39,008 nucleotides of DNA from Methanosarcinaceae archaeon (GCA_003565715.1 PXAV01000019.1:1-39008); one strand, 5' to 3'. Shown: positions 26,662 through 38,198, counted from the stretch's first letter. Translations and numbers: made by a program. Notes: generated by a model from the letters alone, not told the origin.

Positions 26662-28571
26662 GCAGTGATCCATGTGATTCAATGGTTTCCAGAATAAAGT
26701 TACTTGATGAATCAACTATCAATAAAATAGCAGCAGGAGAAGTAATTGAGCGCCCTGCATCGGTAGTTAAGGAACTCACTGAGAACTCAATTGATGCTAA
26801 TGCATCCGATGTTCGAGTGGAAATAAGGGGGTATGGCACTAAAAGCATTCTTGTTGTGGATGATGGTATTGGAATGAGCCATATTGATGCCTCCATAGCT
26901 TTTAAAAAACATGCAACCAGTAAAATAAACAGTATAGAGGACCTTGATAAGATACTCACCATGGGGTTTCGTGGAGAGGCTCTGTCATCGATCTCCTCGG
27001 TTTCGAGGGTTGAACTCGTTACCAGACAGAAGGGGGAGCTGGAAGGCACTAAGGTTGTAGTTGAAAGTAATGGTATAGAGAATATAAGCCCTGTTGGCAC
27101 TGCAGTTGGTACAAGTGTAATTGTAAATGACCTTTTTTACAGCACTCCTGCACGTAAAAAATATCTAAAAAGTGCAAGAACAGAGATCTCGCATATCGTT
27201 GATGTAGTTTCCAGAAACTGTCTTGCACACCCGGATGTTTCCTTTACACTCATTATTGATGGTAAGGCTATCATAAGGTCTCCTTCATCAGTAGGATTAC
27301 TGGATAGTATAGTTCACCTGTATGGTGCGGATATAGCACGCTCCCTGGTTCCCGTGGAGTATGAATCCGATCTTATCAGTATTTACGGGTACATATCAAA
27401 ACCAGAGCTTACAAGAAGTGGAAAGGACATGCAGTTGCTCTCTATAAATAAAAGGCCAATCTCTTCAAGTCAGCTCAGCAATGCTATTCGTCTTGGATAT
27501 TATACCCTTCTTCCAAAAGGACGCTATCCTGCAGCTTTCCTGAACTTTGTAATAGATCCTTTTAATGTGGACGTTAATGTTCATCCAGCAAAAAGAGAGG
27601 TCAGAATAAGCCATGAGAGGGATATAGAAGCCATTGTGACATCTGCTATTGAACATGCCCTTGAAAAACAATCACTGATCCCTCAGGCAGACGTGAAGAA
27701 AAAGAATACCAATTCTCAGGTCCACTTGACTGGAAAAGAACTTGTAAAGGTTTATAAGTCCAACGATACTACAGCAGATCATGTAAATAAAGTACCTGTA
27801 ACAAAGGATGAGATTACCGGGGATAGTTTTTTCTCAGAGGATCAATACACTGCTTCAATACTTGCGGATGTTGCCATAAATGAAAACAAAGCTTCTTATC
27901 ACTATTCTGCTAAAGACACCCAGCGCCGACTGAAAAAAAGTGAGAGGATGCAGATGAGTGTGGTCCCTGATGAAAAAGTAAGTTTATCAGGCCCATTTAA
28001 TACTTGTAGCATTAATGTGTACGGTCAATATGCTGAACTTTACATATTATGTGAGCTGGATGGTCAGCTTATACTTTTGGACCAACATGCAGCACATGAG
28101 CGTATTATGTATGAGCAACTGCTAAAACAACAGGATAGGGGTTGGCAGGAGCTCATAACACCTGTTACTCTTGATCTTAGCCAGAAAGATAAAGCAATTA
28201 TAGAGGAATTCATTCCTCAGCTTGAAAAGCTTGGTTTCTCTGTTTCTGAATTTGGCGCAAGGAGCTACGTTGTGACCACGGTCCCAAGTATCTTTGGCAA
28301 ACTTGAGAACACAGATGTGATATATGACATTATATCTGATCTGTTCTCGGTTGGAAAATTGAAGGGGGATACAGAGATCTATGAAAACCTTTGCAGTAGT
28401 ATGGCATGCAGGGCCTCCATAAAGGCGGGGAATGTATGTAGTTTACAGCAGATGGAGGAACTCGTTCATCAGCTGGTGAAGTGTAGGAATCCTTATACGT
28501 GTCCGCATGGAAGGCCAACAATGTTAACTTTTAGCAGGGAGGAACTGGCAAAGATGTTCAAAAGGACCTGA
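26658..28571 (+). CDS. mutL: DNA mismatch repair endonuclease MutL
   Basis: IAAGEVIERP, GFRGEAL, DVNVHP, DQHAAHERIMYE, ACR and CPHGRP motifs; ATGA overlap with mutS. Confidence 0.98.
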   Translation: MSSDPCDSMVSRIKLLDESTINKIAAGEVIERPASVVKELTENSIDANASDVRVEIRGYGTKSILVVDDGIGMSHIDASIAFKKHATSKINSIEDLDKILTMGFRGEALSSISSVSRVELVTRQKGELEGTKVVVESNGIENISPVGTAVGTSVIVNDLFYSTPARKKYLKSARTEISHIVDVVSRNCLAHPDVSFTLIIDGKAIIRSPSSVGLLDSIVHLYGADIARSLVPVEYESDLISIYGYISKPELTRSGKDMQLLSINKRPISSSQLSNAIRLGYYTLLPKGRYPAAFLNFVIDPFNVDVNVHPAKREVRISHERDIEAIVTSAIEHALEKQSLIPQADVKKKNTNSQVHLTGKELVKVYKSNDTTADHVNKVPVTKDEITGDSFFSEDQYTASILADVAINENKASYHYSAKDTQRRLKKSERMQMSVVPDEKVSLSGPFNTCSINVYGQYAELYILCELDGQLILLDQHAAHERIMYEQLLKQQDRGWQELITPVTLDLSQKDKAIIEEFIPQLEKLGFSVSEFGARSYVVTTVPSIFGKLENTDVIYDIISDLFSVGKLKGDTEIYENLCSSMACRASIKAGNVCSLQQMEELVHQLVKCRNPYTCPHGRPTMLTFSREELAKMFKRT

Positions 28572-28615
28572 TAGAGTCGGTAGATTTTAAAAGTATTAAT
28601 TACAATTGACCAGAG

Positions 28616-29632
28616 ATGATCGACCCGGTAAATAAATCCAAAATCCCTGACGAATGGCTGGACCGCTCTAAAATGCCACGTGATGAGCTTGAAGCAGGTA
28701 TTAAGAATGGAATGCTCGTGGTTCTGAGCGATGGTTCTGTGCTAAGGAGAGGATATACTACCGGGACCACAGCAGCAATGGCTGCAAAGGCAGCAGTTCT
28801 TTCCCTAGCAGGTCCTGTTACTCATATTTCTGTACCCACTCCAGTGGGACTTCGTGCGGAGCTCAATGTCACAGGAAGTAAGGGACATGCTATTGCAAAG
28901 AAGATGAACAACGACCATGAATCCGACATCACTCGGGGTATTGAGTTCGTTGCAGATGCCAAGGAGACGGAAGGTATTACAATCTATGCAGGGGAAGGTA
29001 TAGGAATTGTCACTCGTAGTGGTCTTGAATCTAAAAAAGGGCAACCTGCTATCAATCCACGTCCTATGGAACAGATCAGGGCATCTGTAAAGGAGGCAGT
29101 TGAGGAACTTGGCCTTAAGGGTTCAGAGGTTACAATATATCTGCCAAAAGGAAAGGAAATTGCCAAGGAGACTTTAAATAGTCGCATAGGTGTCATGGAT
29201 GGTATCTCTATACTTGGGACAACAGGCTTTGTTGAACCATGGAACGATCACCTGGGTGAAATGAAAGGTGACCTTATAAGGTGCTCTGATAAGGTAGTAC
29301 TGACCACAGGCAGGATCGGTATTAGATATTCAACGATGCTTTTCCCTGATCACACTGTAGTTCTTGCCGGTAGCAGAATATCAGAAGCTCTGGAGGCAGC
29401 ACATGGGGATGTAATCATTTGTGGTCTTCCCGGGCTGGTATTAAAATGGGGTAATCCGGATATGCTCAAAGGCAGTGGTTTTGCCACAGTTGTTGAGATG
29501 ATCGAGGTTCAAGCCCAGAATCCACGTATTCAACAGGCATTTGATATGGCTGTGAAAAAAGCAAAAGGTGCCCGTGTGGTTGTTGTTGACAGGGATGGTG
29601 CGGTGTTAATGGATAGTGAGGTTGGTACATGA
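28616..29632 (+). CDS. cbiD: Cobalt-precorrin-5B C1-methyltransferase
   Basis: [26 protein letters not shown] and [13 protein letters not shown] motifs. Confidence 0.92.
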   Translation: MIDPVNKSKIPDEWLDRSKMPRDELEAGIKNGMLVVLSDGSVLRRGYTTGTTAAMAAKAAVLSLAGPVTHISVPTPVGLRAELNVTGSKGHAIAKKMNNDHESDITRGIEFVADAKETEGITIYAGEGIGIVTRSGLESKKGQPAINPRPMEQIRASVKEAVEELGLKGSEVTIYLPKGKEIAKETLNSRIGVMDGISILGTTGFVEPWNDHLGEMKGDLIRCSDKVVLTTGRIGIRYSTMLFPDHTVVLAGSRISEALEAAHGDVIICGLPGLVLKWGNPDMLKGSGFATVVEMIEVQAQNPRIQQAFDMAVKKAKGARVVVVDRDGAVLMDSEVGT

Positions 29633-30216
29633 TAATAGTAGGTGTAGGTGTTGGGCCCGGGATGCTGACCCAGGAAGCCATGGAAGCAATAAGCAGTGCA
29701 TCGGTTATTTACGGTTCCAGGCGCTCCATTGAAATTGCAGAAAGTTTCATTAAATGTGAAGCTCACCTTATTAAGGACTACAAGACCCTTCATCTTTTGC
29801 CGGATGATGCAGTAGTGTTGTCAACTGGTGACCCTATGTTCTCAGGTCTTGGGAAATTTGCTACGGACAAGGACAGGATAATCACTGGAATATCTTCTAT
29901 ACAGGCAGCATGTGCACGCTTTCATGTTGAGATGTCAAACATGGCCATGATTACGGCGCACGGTAGGGACCCTGAACCTGCAAAACAGGAACTTGTCCGG
30001 GAAATTGGCCTGGAAAAGAATATATTTATGCTACCCGCAGCCACCTTTGGTCCCAAGGAAGTCGCTGAGGTTCTGTGTGAGATGGGCGTAGCTGCAAGTA
30101 TATGTCTGTATGAAGATATTGCCTATCCAAATGAGCGTGCATTATGTGGCAGTGAGCAGGATCCACCAGAGAACCATTCAAATATGTACTGTATCCTTGT
30201 GATACTTAACAGATAG
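29629..30216 (+). CDS. cbiE: Cobalt-precorrin-7 C5-methyltransferase
   Basis: [28 protein letters not shown] and TAHGR motifs; ATGA overlap with cbiD. Confidence 0.85.
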   Translation: MIIVGVGVGPGMLTQEAMEAISSASVIYGSRRSIEIAESFIKCEAHLIKDYKTLHLLPDDAVVLSTGDPMFSGLGKFATDKDRIITGISSIQAACARFHVEMSNMAMITAHGRDPEPAKQELVREIGLEKNIFMLPAATFGPKEVAEVLCEMGVAASICLYEDIAYPNERALCGSEQDPPENHSNMYCILVILNR

Positions 30217-30507
30217 TCAAACCTGCTAACGCATATATAGATAATAGATATCTCTTTTCATGATTCTGTTTATTCCTATTTGTTTAGTTGTGGGAATGTA
30301 AGGTTATAGTATATGTATAGTGATCTAATGTGCATTAGTTGTTACAGCAACATTAATTATCTATAGTAGGAAACGTTATGTTTATTTATCATTACATATT
30401 AATCCATATTCCAAGGCAAATGTTAATACTTGGTGATTATCTTCTCACATGGTAAGGGATCAGGCTGTAAACCTGTGGCTCCAAAATATCTCTATGAGGT
30501 TTGAAAA

Positions 30508-31830
30508 ATGGTAATTCTGGAAACAAGGAATCTAAGCTACTCCTATCCTGATGGTACCCTGGCCCTTGATGAAATTAATATTAAAATAGACAAAGCTAAG
30601 AAGATAGCCTTTGTGGGTCGTAACGGCTCTGGTAAATCTACTCTTTTCTTAACACTTAACGGTACACTACGTCCTGATAAAGGTGAAGTTCTCTATCATG
30701 GGAGTCCAATAGGATATAGTTCAAAACCTCTCAGGGAATTGAGAAAGAATGTGGGTATTGTTTTTCAGAACTCTGATGATCAATTGTTTGCTCCGACCAT
30801 TTATCAGGATGTTGCATTTGGACCCACAAATCTGGATTATTCCAGGGAGGAAGTTGATAGGATAGTAGTGGATACTCTGGAATATGTTGGAATGACCCAT
30901 TTGAAGGATAAACCCCCTCATCTTTTAAGTGGAGGACAAAAAAAAAGGGTTGCAATAGCAGGTGTTGTTGCCATGGATCCGGAGGTAATAGTTCTTGATG
31001 AACCTCTTTCCAATCTTGACCCGGTGGGTGCGGATGAGATTATGGATCTGCTTAATGAATTGAATCATTTTGGCAAGACAATCATCATATCAACCCACGA
31101 TGTGGACCTTGCATACAGCTGGGCTGATTATGTATTTCTTATGAATGATCGCAAGGTGATAAGTGAAGGAACTCCTGAGGAGATATTCAGGGAAACTGAA
31201 AAGCTCAAACAAGCCTACCTTAAAAGACCTATGACACTTGAGATATACGAGGAGATAAGAAAACGGGGGATTGCTCATGCTGCAAGGTCTCCTCGTGATA
31301 TACCCGACCTCGTCCATGCTCTTAGGCCACAACACCTTCTATGGGTCGATGTCCCTCCTGAGGTAAAGGAAGGCGATAGTATAAATATGGGTATCCTTTA
31401 TGGTGAATTTGCTCAGGATTCTATGTATGAAGCAGCTAATTGCAAGGTTCTTCATATACACGACAAAGGGCTTGCAATAGTGGAAATGGACAGAAAGGCC
31501 CTGAGGGCAGGTTCGATTCTTATATACGATACATCCAGATACGATAATGAGGAAATATTGGGGATAATGAAAAGAGATGGGATAGAATCTGTCGGTGCCA
31601 TGGGTAAGAAAAGTAAGGTAATCGCAGAAATGAATGACATATACACTGATATCAACTCTGGCGTTATAGACAGGTCCATACTCAATGCATTATCCGGACA
31701 GCGTTGTCTTATACTAACGCATGGTGGAATGGTGGATCATACAGTTGAAAGGATCAAGGGGTATATACAAAAGAGTGGGATAAATATACATGTGGGGGTT
31801 ATCAATGGTAGTGTCAGAAAAATAGAATGA
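30508..31830 (+). CDS. CbiO-like ECF ATPase with C-terminal extension of about 165 aa
   Basis: [42 protein letters not shown] and STHDVDLA motifs; extra domain after about residue 275. Confidence 0.88.
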   Translation: MVILETRNLSYSYPDGTLALDEINIKIDKAKKIAFVGRNGSGKSTLFLTLNGTLRPDKGEVLYHGSPIGYSSKPLRELRKNVGIVFQNSDDQLFAPTIYQDVAFGPTNLDYSREEVDRIVVDTLEYVGMTHLKDKPPHLLSGGQKKRVAIAGVVAMDPEVIVLDEPLSNLDPVGADEIMDLLNELNHFGKTIIISTHDVDLAYSWADYVFLMNDRKVISEGTPEEIFRETEKLKQAYLKRPMTLEIYEEIRKRGIAHAARSPRDIPDLVHALRPQHLLWVDVPPEVKEGDSINMGILYGEFAQDSMYEAANCKVLHIHDKGLAIVEMDRKALRAGSILIYDTSRYDNEEILGIMKRDGIESVGAMGKKSKVIAEMNDIYTDINSGVIDRSILNALSGQRCLILTHGGMVDHTVERIKGYIQKSGINIHVGVINGSVRKIE

Positions 31831-31867
31831 TGAAGTTTTCATTTCTTTGTAAAAATACTCTTTTTGA

Positions 31868-32731
31868 TCACAGCCTGCTATATACATCTTTAAGTTTTAA
31901 TGCATCATTTTCATTATCCGGACTTTCGCATATAAGCAGCCCCTTAACAGAAAAATCCTTAAGTGCTCTGAGCAGTTCTACATATCTGAGATCGGAATCA
32001 TCAAGATTGAGGTGCCTTCTCTCTCCTTTTCCACTATATTCTATTCCAGAGACGTGCATATGCATGTTATTCACCCCTTCAGCTCCAAGTTTTCGTTCAA
32101 CAAGTTCCAGATAAGAGGCAAAGTGGTCATAACTGTTTTCCTCACCACCGGATCTTGCATGTAAGTGTGCAAAATCAATACATGGCAATATATTAATGTT
32201 ATTATTTTTATTAATACTATTATAATTTTCACTGGAAAGTCTTAATATCTCTTCAATATTTCCAAACTGAGTTTTTTTACCCATGGTTTCAGGACGAAGA
32301 GTCACATCTATGCCTTCACTATCAAGTCTATAGATAAGTTCTCTTAGAATACCATCGATTTTCTCATATACCTTTTCAATGTTATCTTTGTGGTAATATG
32401 CTGTATGGAAAACAATGTCCTTTGCGCCACAAAGCTCTCCAATTCTTGCAGATTCATATATCCGGTCTTTACTTGCTTGTACTTTCTCAGGTTCTGCTGA
32501 ATTGAGATTTATATAATATGGTGCATGCACACTTAACCGTATCTTATCCTGCAGTGACTTCCTACGCACTGCATTTGCAGTCTCCTCCTGCATCCTGACC
32601 CCGCGGACAAACTCAAGCTCCATACAGTCAAGCCCAAGTTCTCTTATTTTCCCGATACCATTGATACTATCACTTTTATTTGAACTCTTAGGTATGCCTG
32701 CTGTTCCAAAGAGAAGTCTTGATGGCTTCAT
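31868..32731 (-). CDS. nfo: Endonuclease IV (AP endonuclease family 2, TIM barrel)
   Basis: SVHAPYYINL, VFH, ETMGK, CIDFAH, HMHVSG, RHL and ICESP metal-ligand motifs. Confidence 0.88.
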   Translation of the reverse strand: MKPSRLLFGTAGIPKSSNKSDSINGIGKIRELGLDCMELEFVRGVRMQEETANAVRRKSLQDKIRLSVHAPYYINLNSAEPEKVQASKDRIYESARIGELCGAKDIVFHTAYYHKDNIEKVYEKIDGILRELIYRLDSEGIDVTLRPETMGKKTQFGNIEEILRLSSENYNSINKNNNINILPCIDFAHLHARSGGEENSYDHFASYLELVERKLGAEGVNNMHMHVSGIEYSGKGERRHLNLDDSDLRYVELLRALKDFSVKGLLICESPDNENDALKLKDVYSRL

Positions 32732-33069
32732 TATGCCATTCCCAGCTTAGCTTTTAGTTCTTTCATCTCTTTTGCTGAGATTTTATTTTCAACAAGTTCC
32801 ATAAAAGTATCTATATCTTCCTCTTCAAGTGATCGTATGTCCTCTTTTCCTTCCATAGCAAGCTGGAAAAGGTATTCCATCTCTTCTTTACTCAGCTTCT
32901 CCATCCTTGCCCGAAAATCACGGCCATCTTCTGCAATCTTGTGTGATAATGGTCTGAGTATGAAGGGATATTTGTGTCCTGCAGAAGACATGATGTTTCC
33001 ACTAAGTTCCGGTGCAAGCTTATCAAATATCTGTTTGTCCATATCGTTGAATAATCTGCCCATGGGCAT
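32731..33069 (-). CDS. Hypothetical acidic helical protein, 112 aa
   Basis: Fills the gap between coaD and nfo; TAATG coupling to nfo. Confidence 0.75.
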   Translation of the reverse strand: MPMGRLFNDMDKQIFDKLAPELSGNIMSSAGHKYPFILRPLSHKIAEDGRDFRARMEKLSKEEMEYLFQLAMEGKEDIRSLEEEDIDTFMELVENKISAKEMKELKAKLGMA

Positions 33070-33093
33070 AACTTGTAAAAACTAGTTTATAAA

Positions 33094-33564
33094 TCATGTC
33101 CTTGTATGTGGTCTCAAATGGCCGTGGATATCAATTTCTCCTTTTATTATCCTTGTTGAAGAGATGGGTATTTTATCATCTGCAAGAATATACCCTATAT
33201 TAACAATATCTATCTCTTCCATTCCTCTCTGTCTTCTCAGCTCGTTTATCTTTAATGCAACAGGAAGCGTTTCCGGAGAAACGACAATAAAGTCATAATC
33301 CTCAGAAAGGGTATTTCCATATGGATCGTTCAACTCTATAATGTTGTATATTTGTTCTTTTGATATCTTATTTATGTATTCTACAAGTCTTCTTTTACGA
33401 ATTAAATAATCAGGAACATCACGCTGTTTCATACTTGCCATATCGTTTGATGTGAGTCCGATGTCCACTTTCCCGTCATCTGCAATTTCAAATGATTTTC
33501 TTAAAAGTTCTCTATGTCCATCATGAAGAAATTCAAATGTGCCTCCGACTACTACTCTGGCCAT
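33094..33564 (-). CDS. coaD: Archaeal phosphopantetheine adenylyltransferase
   Basis: VGGTFEFLHDGH, GLTS, DPYG, VVSPET and ISSTRI motifs. Start placed at ATG 33564. Confidence 0.9.
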   Translation of the reverse strand: MARVVVGGTFEFLHDGHRELLRKSFEIADDGKVDIGLTSNDMASMKQRDVPDYLIRKRRLVEYINKISKEQIYNIIELNDPYGNTLSEDYDFIVVSPETLPVALKINELRRQRGMEEIDIVNIGYILADDKIPISSTRIIKGEIDIHGHLRPHTRT

Positions 33565-33739
33565 TATTTCTAAATAAGTACTTATCCTGATAAATGTTAT
33601 GATTATTTTATGGTGTTTTTCATGTATTGTTGTATATTTCACTTTCACTCCGCTCTCTTCAGATATATATAGACCAAGCTCATTTAGTAACTCAAATTGT
33701 GCACCACAAGAGAACATGTGCACCCAGGAGTCAAGATAA

Positions 33740-34717
33740 ATGTCAGAAGTGTTATTGGAAGAACTGGATCATGTAGGTCCGGCAACCGCACAGAAATTGA
33801 AAGATTCAGGATTTACAACGATCGAGGCAATTGCTGTTTCATCTCCAACAGAACTCGCAACGGCGGCTGATATTGGTGAATCTACTGCTGCAAAGATAAT
33901 AATTGCAGCTCGTCAATCTGCTGATATAGGAGGTTTTGAGACGGGTGATATGGTATTGGAGCGCAGAAAGCTTGTAGGTAAGTTATCCACTGGTTGTACA
34001 GAGTTTGATGAGATGATGGGTGGCGGAGTAGATACCCAGGCTATCACTGAGCTTTATGGTGAATTCGGCTCTGGTAAAACCCAGGTCGCACATCAGCTTG
34101 CAGTCAATGTGCAATTACCAAAGGAGCTGGGTGGATTGGGTGGATCTGTTGTAATGATTGATACAGAGAACACTTTCAGACCAGAAAGGATAAAACAGAT
34201 GGTTGAAGGTATTTCAGAGAAATATGGCCAGGAATATGATCCAGAGGAGTTCCTAAAGCACATACATGTGGCGCGTGCATATAATTCCAATCATCAGATA
34301 CTACTTGTAGATTCTGCCATGGAGCTGGCAAATGAACTGAAGGATACTGATATGCCTGTAAGGTTATTTATCGTTGATTCACTTACCGCTCACTTCAGGG
34401 CAGAGTACATTGGTAGAGGAACACTAGCTGACAGGCAACAGAAACTTAATAAGCATCTTCATGGTCTTCAAAAATGTGGAGATCTTTACAATGCATGTGT
34501 CATAGTCACAAATCAGGTGATGTCCAAGCCAGATGCGTTCTTTGGTGACCCTACAAAACCAATTGGAGGACATATCGTTGGTCACACAGCAACTTTCAGA
34601 TTATATCTACGCAAATCCAAGGGTGATAAGAGGATAGTCAAACTGGTAGATTCTCCAAACCTTCCTGATGGTGAATCTATTATCTCTGTTACAACTCCTG
34701 GTCTTCGGGACCCATAA
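33740..34717 (+). CDS. radA: DNA repair and recombination protein RadA
   Basis: N-terminal Hh[25 protein letters not shown] and TNQV motifs; no intein. Confidence 0.98.
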   Translation: MSEVLLEELDHVGPATAQKLKDSGFTTIEAIAVSSPTELATAADIGESTAAKIIIAARQSADIGGFETGDMVLERRKLVGKLSTGCTEFDEMMGGGVDTQAITELYGEFGSGKTQVAHQLAVNVQLPKELGGLGGSVVMIDTENTFRPERIKQMVEGISEKYGQEYDPEEFLKHIHVARAYNSNHQILLVDSAMELANELKDTDMPVRLFIVDSLTAHFRAEYIGRGTLADRQQKLNKHLHGLQKCGDLYNACVIVTNQVMSKPDAFFGDPTKPIGGHIVGHTATFRLYLRKSKGDKRIVKLVDSPNLPDGESIISVTTPGLRDP

Positions 34718-34877
34718 AACAATCATCCATATGAAACAAAATATCTAAATAATTTATAAAAACATTATTTATTTTGCTAATATGGTAATTTACATTCAAA
34801 TTTTATCTTTTTAGGTGATTAATAGAATAGGTTTTTGTTCAATACTTTTTTATTGTTGTCATTTCATCATATCGTCT

Positions 34878-35585
34878 ATGAGGTTAAAGGCTCTTGCAAT
34901 TGACATAGATGGCACTATCACTGACATGGACCGCAGGCTTTGCTTAGAAGCTGCTGCAAAGTTGCGCTCACTAAAAATCCCGGTGGTCATAGCAACAGGC
35001 AACACTCTGTGTTATTCTAAAGCAGCAGCCAGACTTGTGGGTGTGTGCTGCAATATCATAGCAGAGAACGGTGGGGTGTTGGTAAATGGTTTTGACAAAA
35101 AACCCTTTGTCTCTGATGTTATGTATGAGTGTGAAGAAGCCTATACGTTTCTTTCTTCCAGATTTGAAATTGAAAAGCTTGATCCTTTCCACAGAATAAC
35201 CGAGATTGTACTCAGGAACAATTTTGATATTGAAAAAGCAAGGGAATTACTGAGTGTTCACTATCCTGGAGTTGAGATAATAGATACCCATTTTGCCATT
35301 CATATAAAAAGCAAAAAAATAAACAAAGGTACAGGATTGACAAAAATGGCAGAGATGATGGGGCTGGAGCCATCTGACTTCGTTGCTATAGGTGATTCTG
35401 TTAACGATCTTGAAATGCTCCAGGAAGCAGGTTTTGCTGTAGCAGTTGGAAATGCTGACGCTTACTTAAAGGATATTGCTGATTATGTCAGTACATCAAA
35501 ATATGGGGATGGCACAGTAGAGGCTATAGACTTTCTTTTATCTGGAGGGTTGATCAAAGTTCCTTTTGACAAGGATGAGCAATAG
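34878..35585 (+). CDS. Phosphoglycolate phosphatase-type HAD hydrolase (subclass IIB)
   Basis: DIDGTIT, ATGN, AENGG, NKGTG and GDSVNDLEM motifs. Start placed at ATG 34878. Confidence 0.85.
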   Translation: MRLKALAIDIDGTITDMDRRLCLEAAAKLRSLKIPVVIATGNTLCYSKAAARLVGVCCNIIAENGGVLVNGFDKKPFVSDVMYECEEAYTFLSSRFEIEKLDPFHRITEIVLRNNFDIEKARELLSVHYPGVEIIDTHFAIHIKSKKINKGTGLTKMAEMMGLEPSDFVAIGDSVNDLEMLQEAGFAVAVGNADAYLKDIADYVSTSKYGDGTVEAIDFLLSGGLIKVPFDKDEQ

Positions 35586-35631
35586 AACAGATTGCAAAAA
35601 CTTAGCTCTTGCAATCTGCCAAATGATATTT

Positions 35632-35919
35632 TTAAATACTACTAACACTGTTATCTGTGGCCACTCCTCTTGCCATATTCTTGTCTACAACGATATAATC
35701 CTTTATTGCCCTTACAGATTCAAAAGGCAGCAGTATATACTGACCATCATTATTATATTTTGTAGTATCAAGACTCATGTCCGGCTTTACTATCATATTT
35801 ATAAGTTCCCCTGTCTTTATATCCATTACAATATTGAACAGGATGCCGATTTCTGTTCCATCTGTTGCCATTACCTGCTTGCTTGAAAGGTTCTTTGCAA
35901 ATACGTTTGCCATTTTCAT
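35632..35919 (-). CDS. Stand-alone PRC-barrel protein (CdpB-like)
   Basis: LSSKQVMATDGTEIG...IVMDIKTGEL...LPFESVRAIKDYIVV matches the PRC-barrel pattern. Confidence 0.85.
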   Translation of the reverse strand: MKMANVFAKNLSSKQVMATDGTEIGILFNIVMDIKTGELINMIVKPDMSLDTTKYNNDGQYILLPFESVRAIKDYIVVDKNMARGVATDNSVSSI

Positions 35920-35963
35920 TCGCCCCTATTTATAAAAAACAAAAATTTTAATGTTGCATCTAT

Positions 35964-38198
35964 TTATCTGTATCCTATATAAGCACTTGCCTCTTCTTTC
36001 TTGATACCGCCCTTAAACTGTGCCTGGATCTTTTCGTAGTATTCCATGAGGTTCTCAGAAAGGGTTGGACGAACCTTGTTCAAAGCTTCCCTGAAATACT
36101 TCATACCAACTTTCTCAGTCTCAAAATTGTCTCGCAAAGCAAGCATGACCGCTTCCCTGCAAACAGCTTCGATGTCAGCTCCAACAAAACCATCGGTTAT
36201 GGTTGCAAGATCGTCGACTGTGACATCATGATCAAGGGGGATATTTTCCGTATGTATCCTAAATATATCTTTTCTTCCTGCATATGTGGACTGTCCGACA
36301 AGTACTATTCTATCAAACCTTCCTGACCTTAAAAGTGCCGGATCAATTATATCAGGACGGTTGGTTGCGGCGACAACTACTATTTCTTTTAACGGTTCCA
36401 GACCGTCAAGCTCTGTAAGGAGCTGATTCACTATTCTTTCAGAGACCTTTGAGTCATCTGAAGTTGCACTTCTCATTGGTGCTATGGAGTCTATCTCGTC
36501 AAAGAACACAATACATGGAGCTACCTGTCTTGCCTTCTTGAATGTTTCCCTTATTGCCTTCTCTGATTCTCCTACCCATTTTGAAAGCATCTGGGGTCCT
36601 TTAACACTTATGAAATTTGCATTGGATTCATTTGCCACTGCCTGAGCTATAAGTGTTTTCCCAGTTCCGGGTGGACCAAAGAGCAGCACTCCTTTAGGAG
36701 GTTTAATTCCCATGTTAACAAATTTTTCAGGTTTTGTAAGAGGCCATTCCACAGCTTCCTTAATCTCCTGTTTTACCTTTTCCAGGCCACCGACATTTTC
36801 CCATTTAACAGCAGGAAGTTCGACCAGAACCTCTCTCATTGCAGAAGGCTCTATCTCTCTGAGAGCATTCTCAAAATCTTCCTTATTCACAACTATAGTA
36901 TCTAATATCTCCTGGGGTATTTCCTCCTCATCAAGATTAATATCCGGTAGCGAGCGTCTTAGTGAACGCATAGCTGCTTCCTGTACAAGAGCAAGCAGAT
37001 CAGCACCTACAAAGGCCTGTGTATGTTTTGAAATATAGTCAAGGAATGACTCATCCACATCATCTGCAAGAGGAACACCCCTTGTATGTATCTGCAGGAT
37101 CTCTAACCTATCATCGTTATCAGGAACTCCTATCTCTATCTCCCTGTCAAACCTTCCAGGTCTGCGAAGTGCAGGGTCAATTGCATCCAGGCGGTTTGTA
37201 GCACCTATTACAACGACCTGGCCTCTCTCTTCAAGACCATCCATCATAGTAAGTAACTGGGCAACTACTCTTCTTTCCACTTCTCCTGTAACATTCTGTC
37301 TTTTGGGTGCAATAGAATCTATCTCATCGATAAAAACGATCGATGGTGCGTCGTCTTCTGCATCTTCGAATATCTTACGTATACGCTCCTCACTTTCACC
37401 ATAATATTTTCCCATTATCTCCGGGCCTGCTATGTAGAGGAAATTTGCTCTTGATTCATTTGCAACGGCTTTGGCAATTAATGTTTTACCAGTGCCAGGT
37501 GGGCCATAAAGGATTACACCTTTTGGAGGCTCGATGTTCAATCTCTGAAAAAGTTCGGGATGTTTCAATGGAAGCTCTATCATTTCTCTGACACGCTGTA
37601 TCTCAGAACCCAGTCCTCCAATGTCCTCATATGTAATGCTCCTTGTTGCGCCATCATAGCCACGAACAGGTTTTTGGCGAAGTTCTATTTCAGTGAACTC
37701 GCCTATTATAAGAATATCATCCTTTGGTTCAGCCTCTACTGCTATTAGGGGTATGGCCTGGCCTCCCATCTGGTTTGACATGGGCTGCGTCATCGAACTG
37801 ATAATCGGGATGACATCTCCTTCCACAAGTGGACGTTTCATTATATTGCGTTTTATTACCTCACTGATGTGGTCACCATATTCCATGGTAACACCTTCCG
37901 GGGGGGCAAGAGTGACTTTTTCAGCCGTTACAACCTCAGCTTTCCTGACGGATATTCTCTCACCAATGCCCACTCCGGCATTCTGTCTTATGAATCCATC
38001 TATTCTGGCAATTCCCTGACCCCAATCCTGCCTTTCAGCTCGCCATACCTTTGCTGCAGTTTTTCTCTTTCCCTCGATTTCAACTATATCTCCTGGTGAG
38101 AGTTGCAGGCTTAATAGCGTTGTTGGGTCCAGGCGGACGATACCCCTTCCAAAATCATTGGGGTGCGCTTTTTCTACTTTTATCTGTACTTCATCCAT
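35964..38198 (-). CDS. cdc48: CDC48/VAT family AAA ATPase
   Basis: N domain plus two AAA modules (GPPGTGKT twice, IDEIDS/FDEIDS, RPGRFD/RSGRFD); C-terminal YIG. Confidence 0.97.
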   Translation of the reverse strand: MDEVQIKVEKAHPNDFGRGIVRLDPTTLLSLQLSPGDIVEIEGKRKTAAKVWRAERQDWGQGIARIDGFIRQNAGVGIGERISVRKAEVVTAEKVTLAPPEGVTMEYGDHISEVIKRNIMKRPLVEGDVIPIISSMTQPMSNQMGGQAIPLIAVEAEPKDDILIIGEFTEIELRQKPVRGYDGATRSITYEDIGGLGSEIQRVREMIELPLKHPELFQRLNIEPPKGVILYGPPGTGKTLIAKAVANESRANFLYIAGPEIMGKYYGESEERIRKIFEDAEDDAPSIVFIDEIDSIAPKRQNVTGEVERRVVAQLLTMMDGLEERGQVVVIGATNRLDAIDPALRRPGRFDREIEIGVPDNDDRLEILQIHTRGVPLADDVDESFLDYISKHTQAFVGADLLALVQEAAMRSLRRSLPDINLDEEEIPQEILDTIVVNKEDFENALREIEPSAMREVLVELPAVKWENVGGLEKVKQEIKEAVEWPLTKPEKFVNMGIKPPKGVLLFGPPGTGKTLIAQAVANESNANFISVKGPQMLSKWVGESEKAIRETFKKARQVAPCIVFFDEIDSIAPMRSATSDDSKVSERIVNQLLTELDGLEPLKEIVVVAATNRPDIIDPALLRSGRFDRIVLVGQSTYAGRKDIFRIHTENIPLDHDVTVDDLATITDGFVGADIEAVCREAVMLALRDNFETEKVGMKYFREALNKVRPTLSENLMEYYEKIQAQFKGGIKKEEASAYIGYR

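Noticed and set aside
30420-30500. Cobalamin riboswitch before the CbiO-like gene
   Set aside because: Only a small CAGG-N7-CCTG hairpin is present; the conserved B12-box elements are not recognisable.
33565-33723. N-terminal extensions in the ORF track for coaD (also 9623-9709, 13982-14005 and 34815-34877)
   Set aside because: They run through promoter or overlap regions; family N-terminal motifs begin at the downstream ATGs.
33740-38198. Inteins in RadA or Cdc48
   Set aside because: Both proteins are of normal length with uninterrupted motifs.
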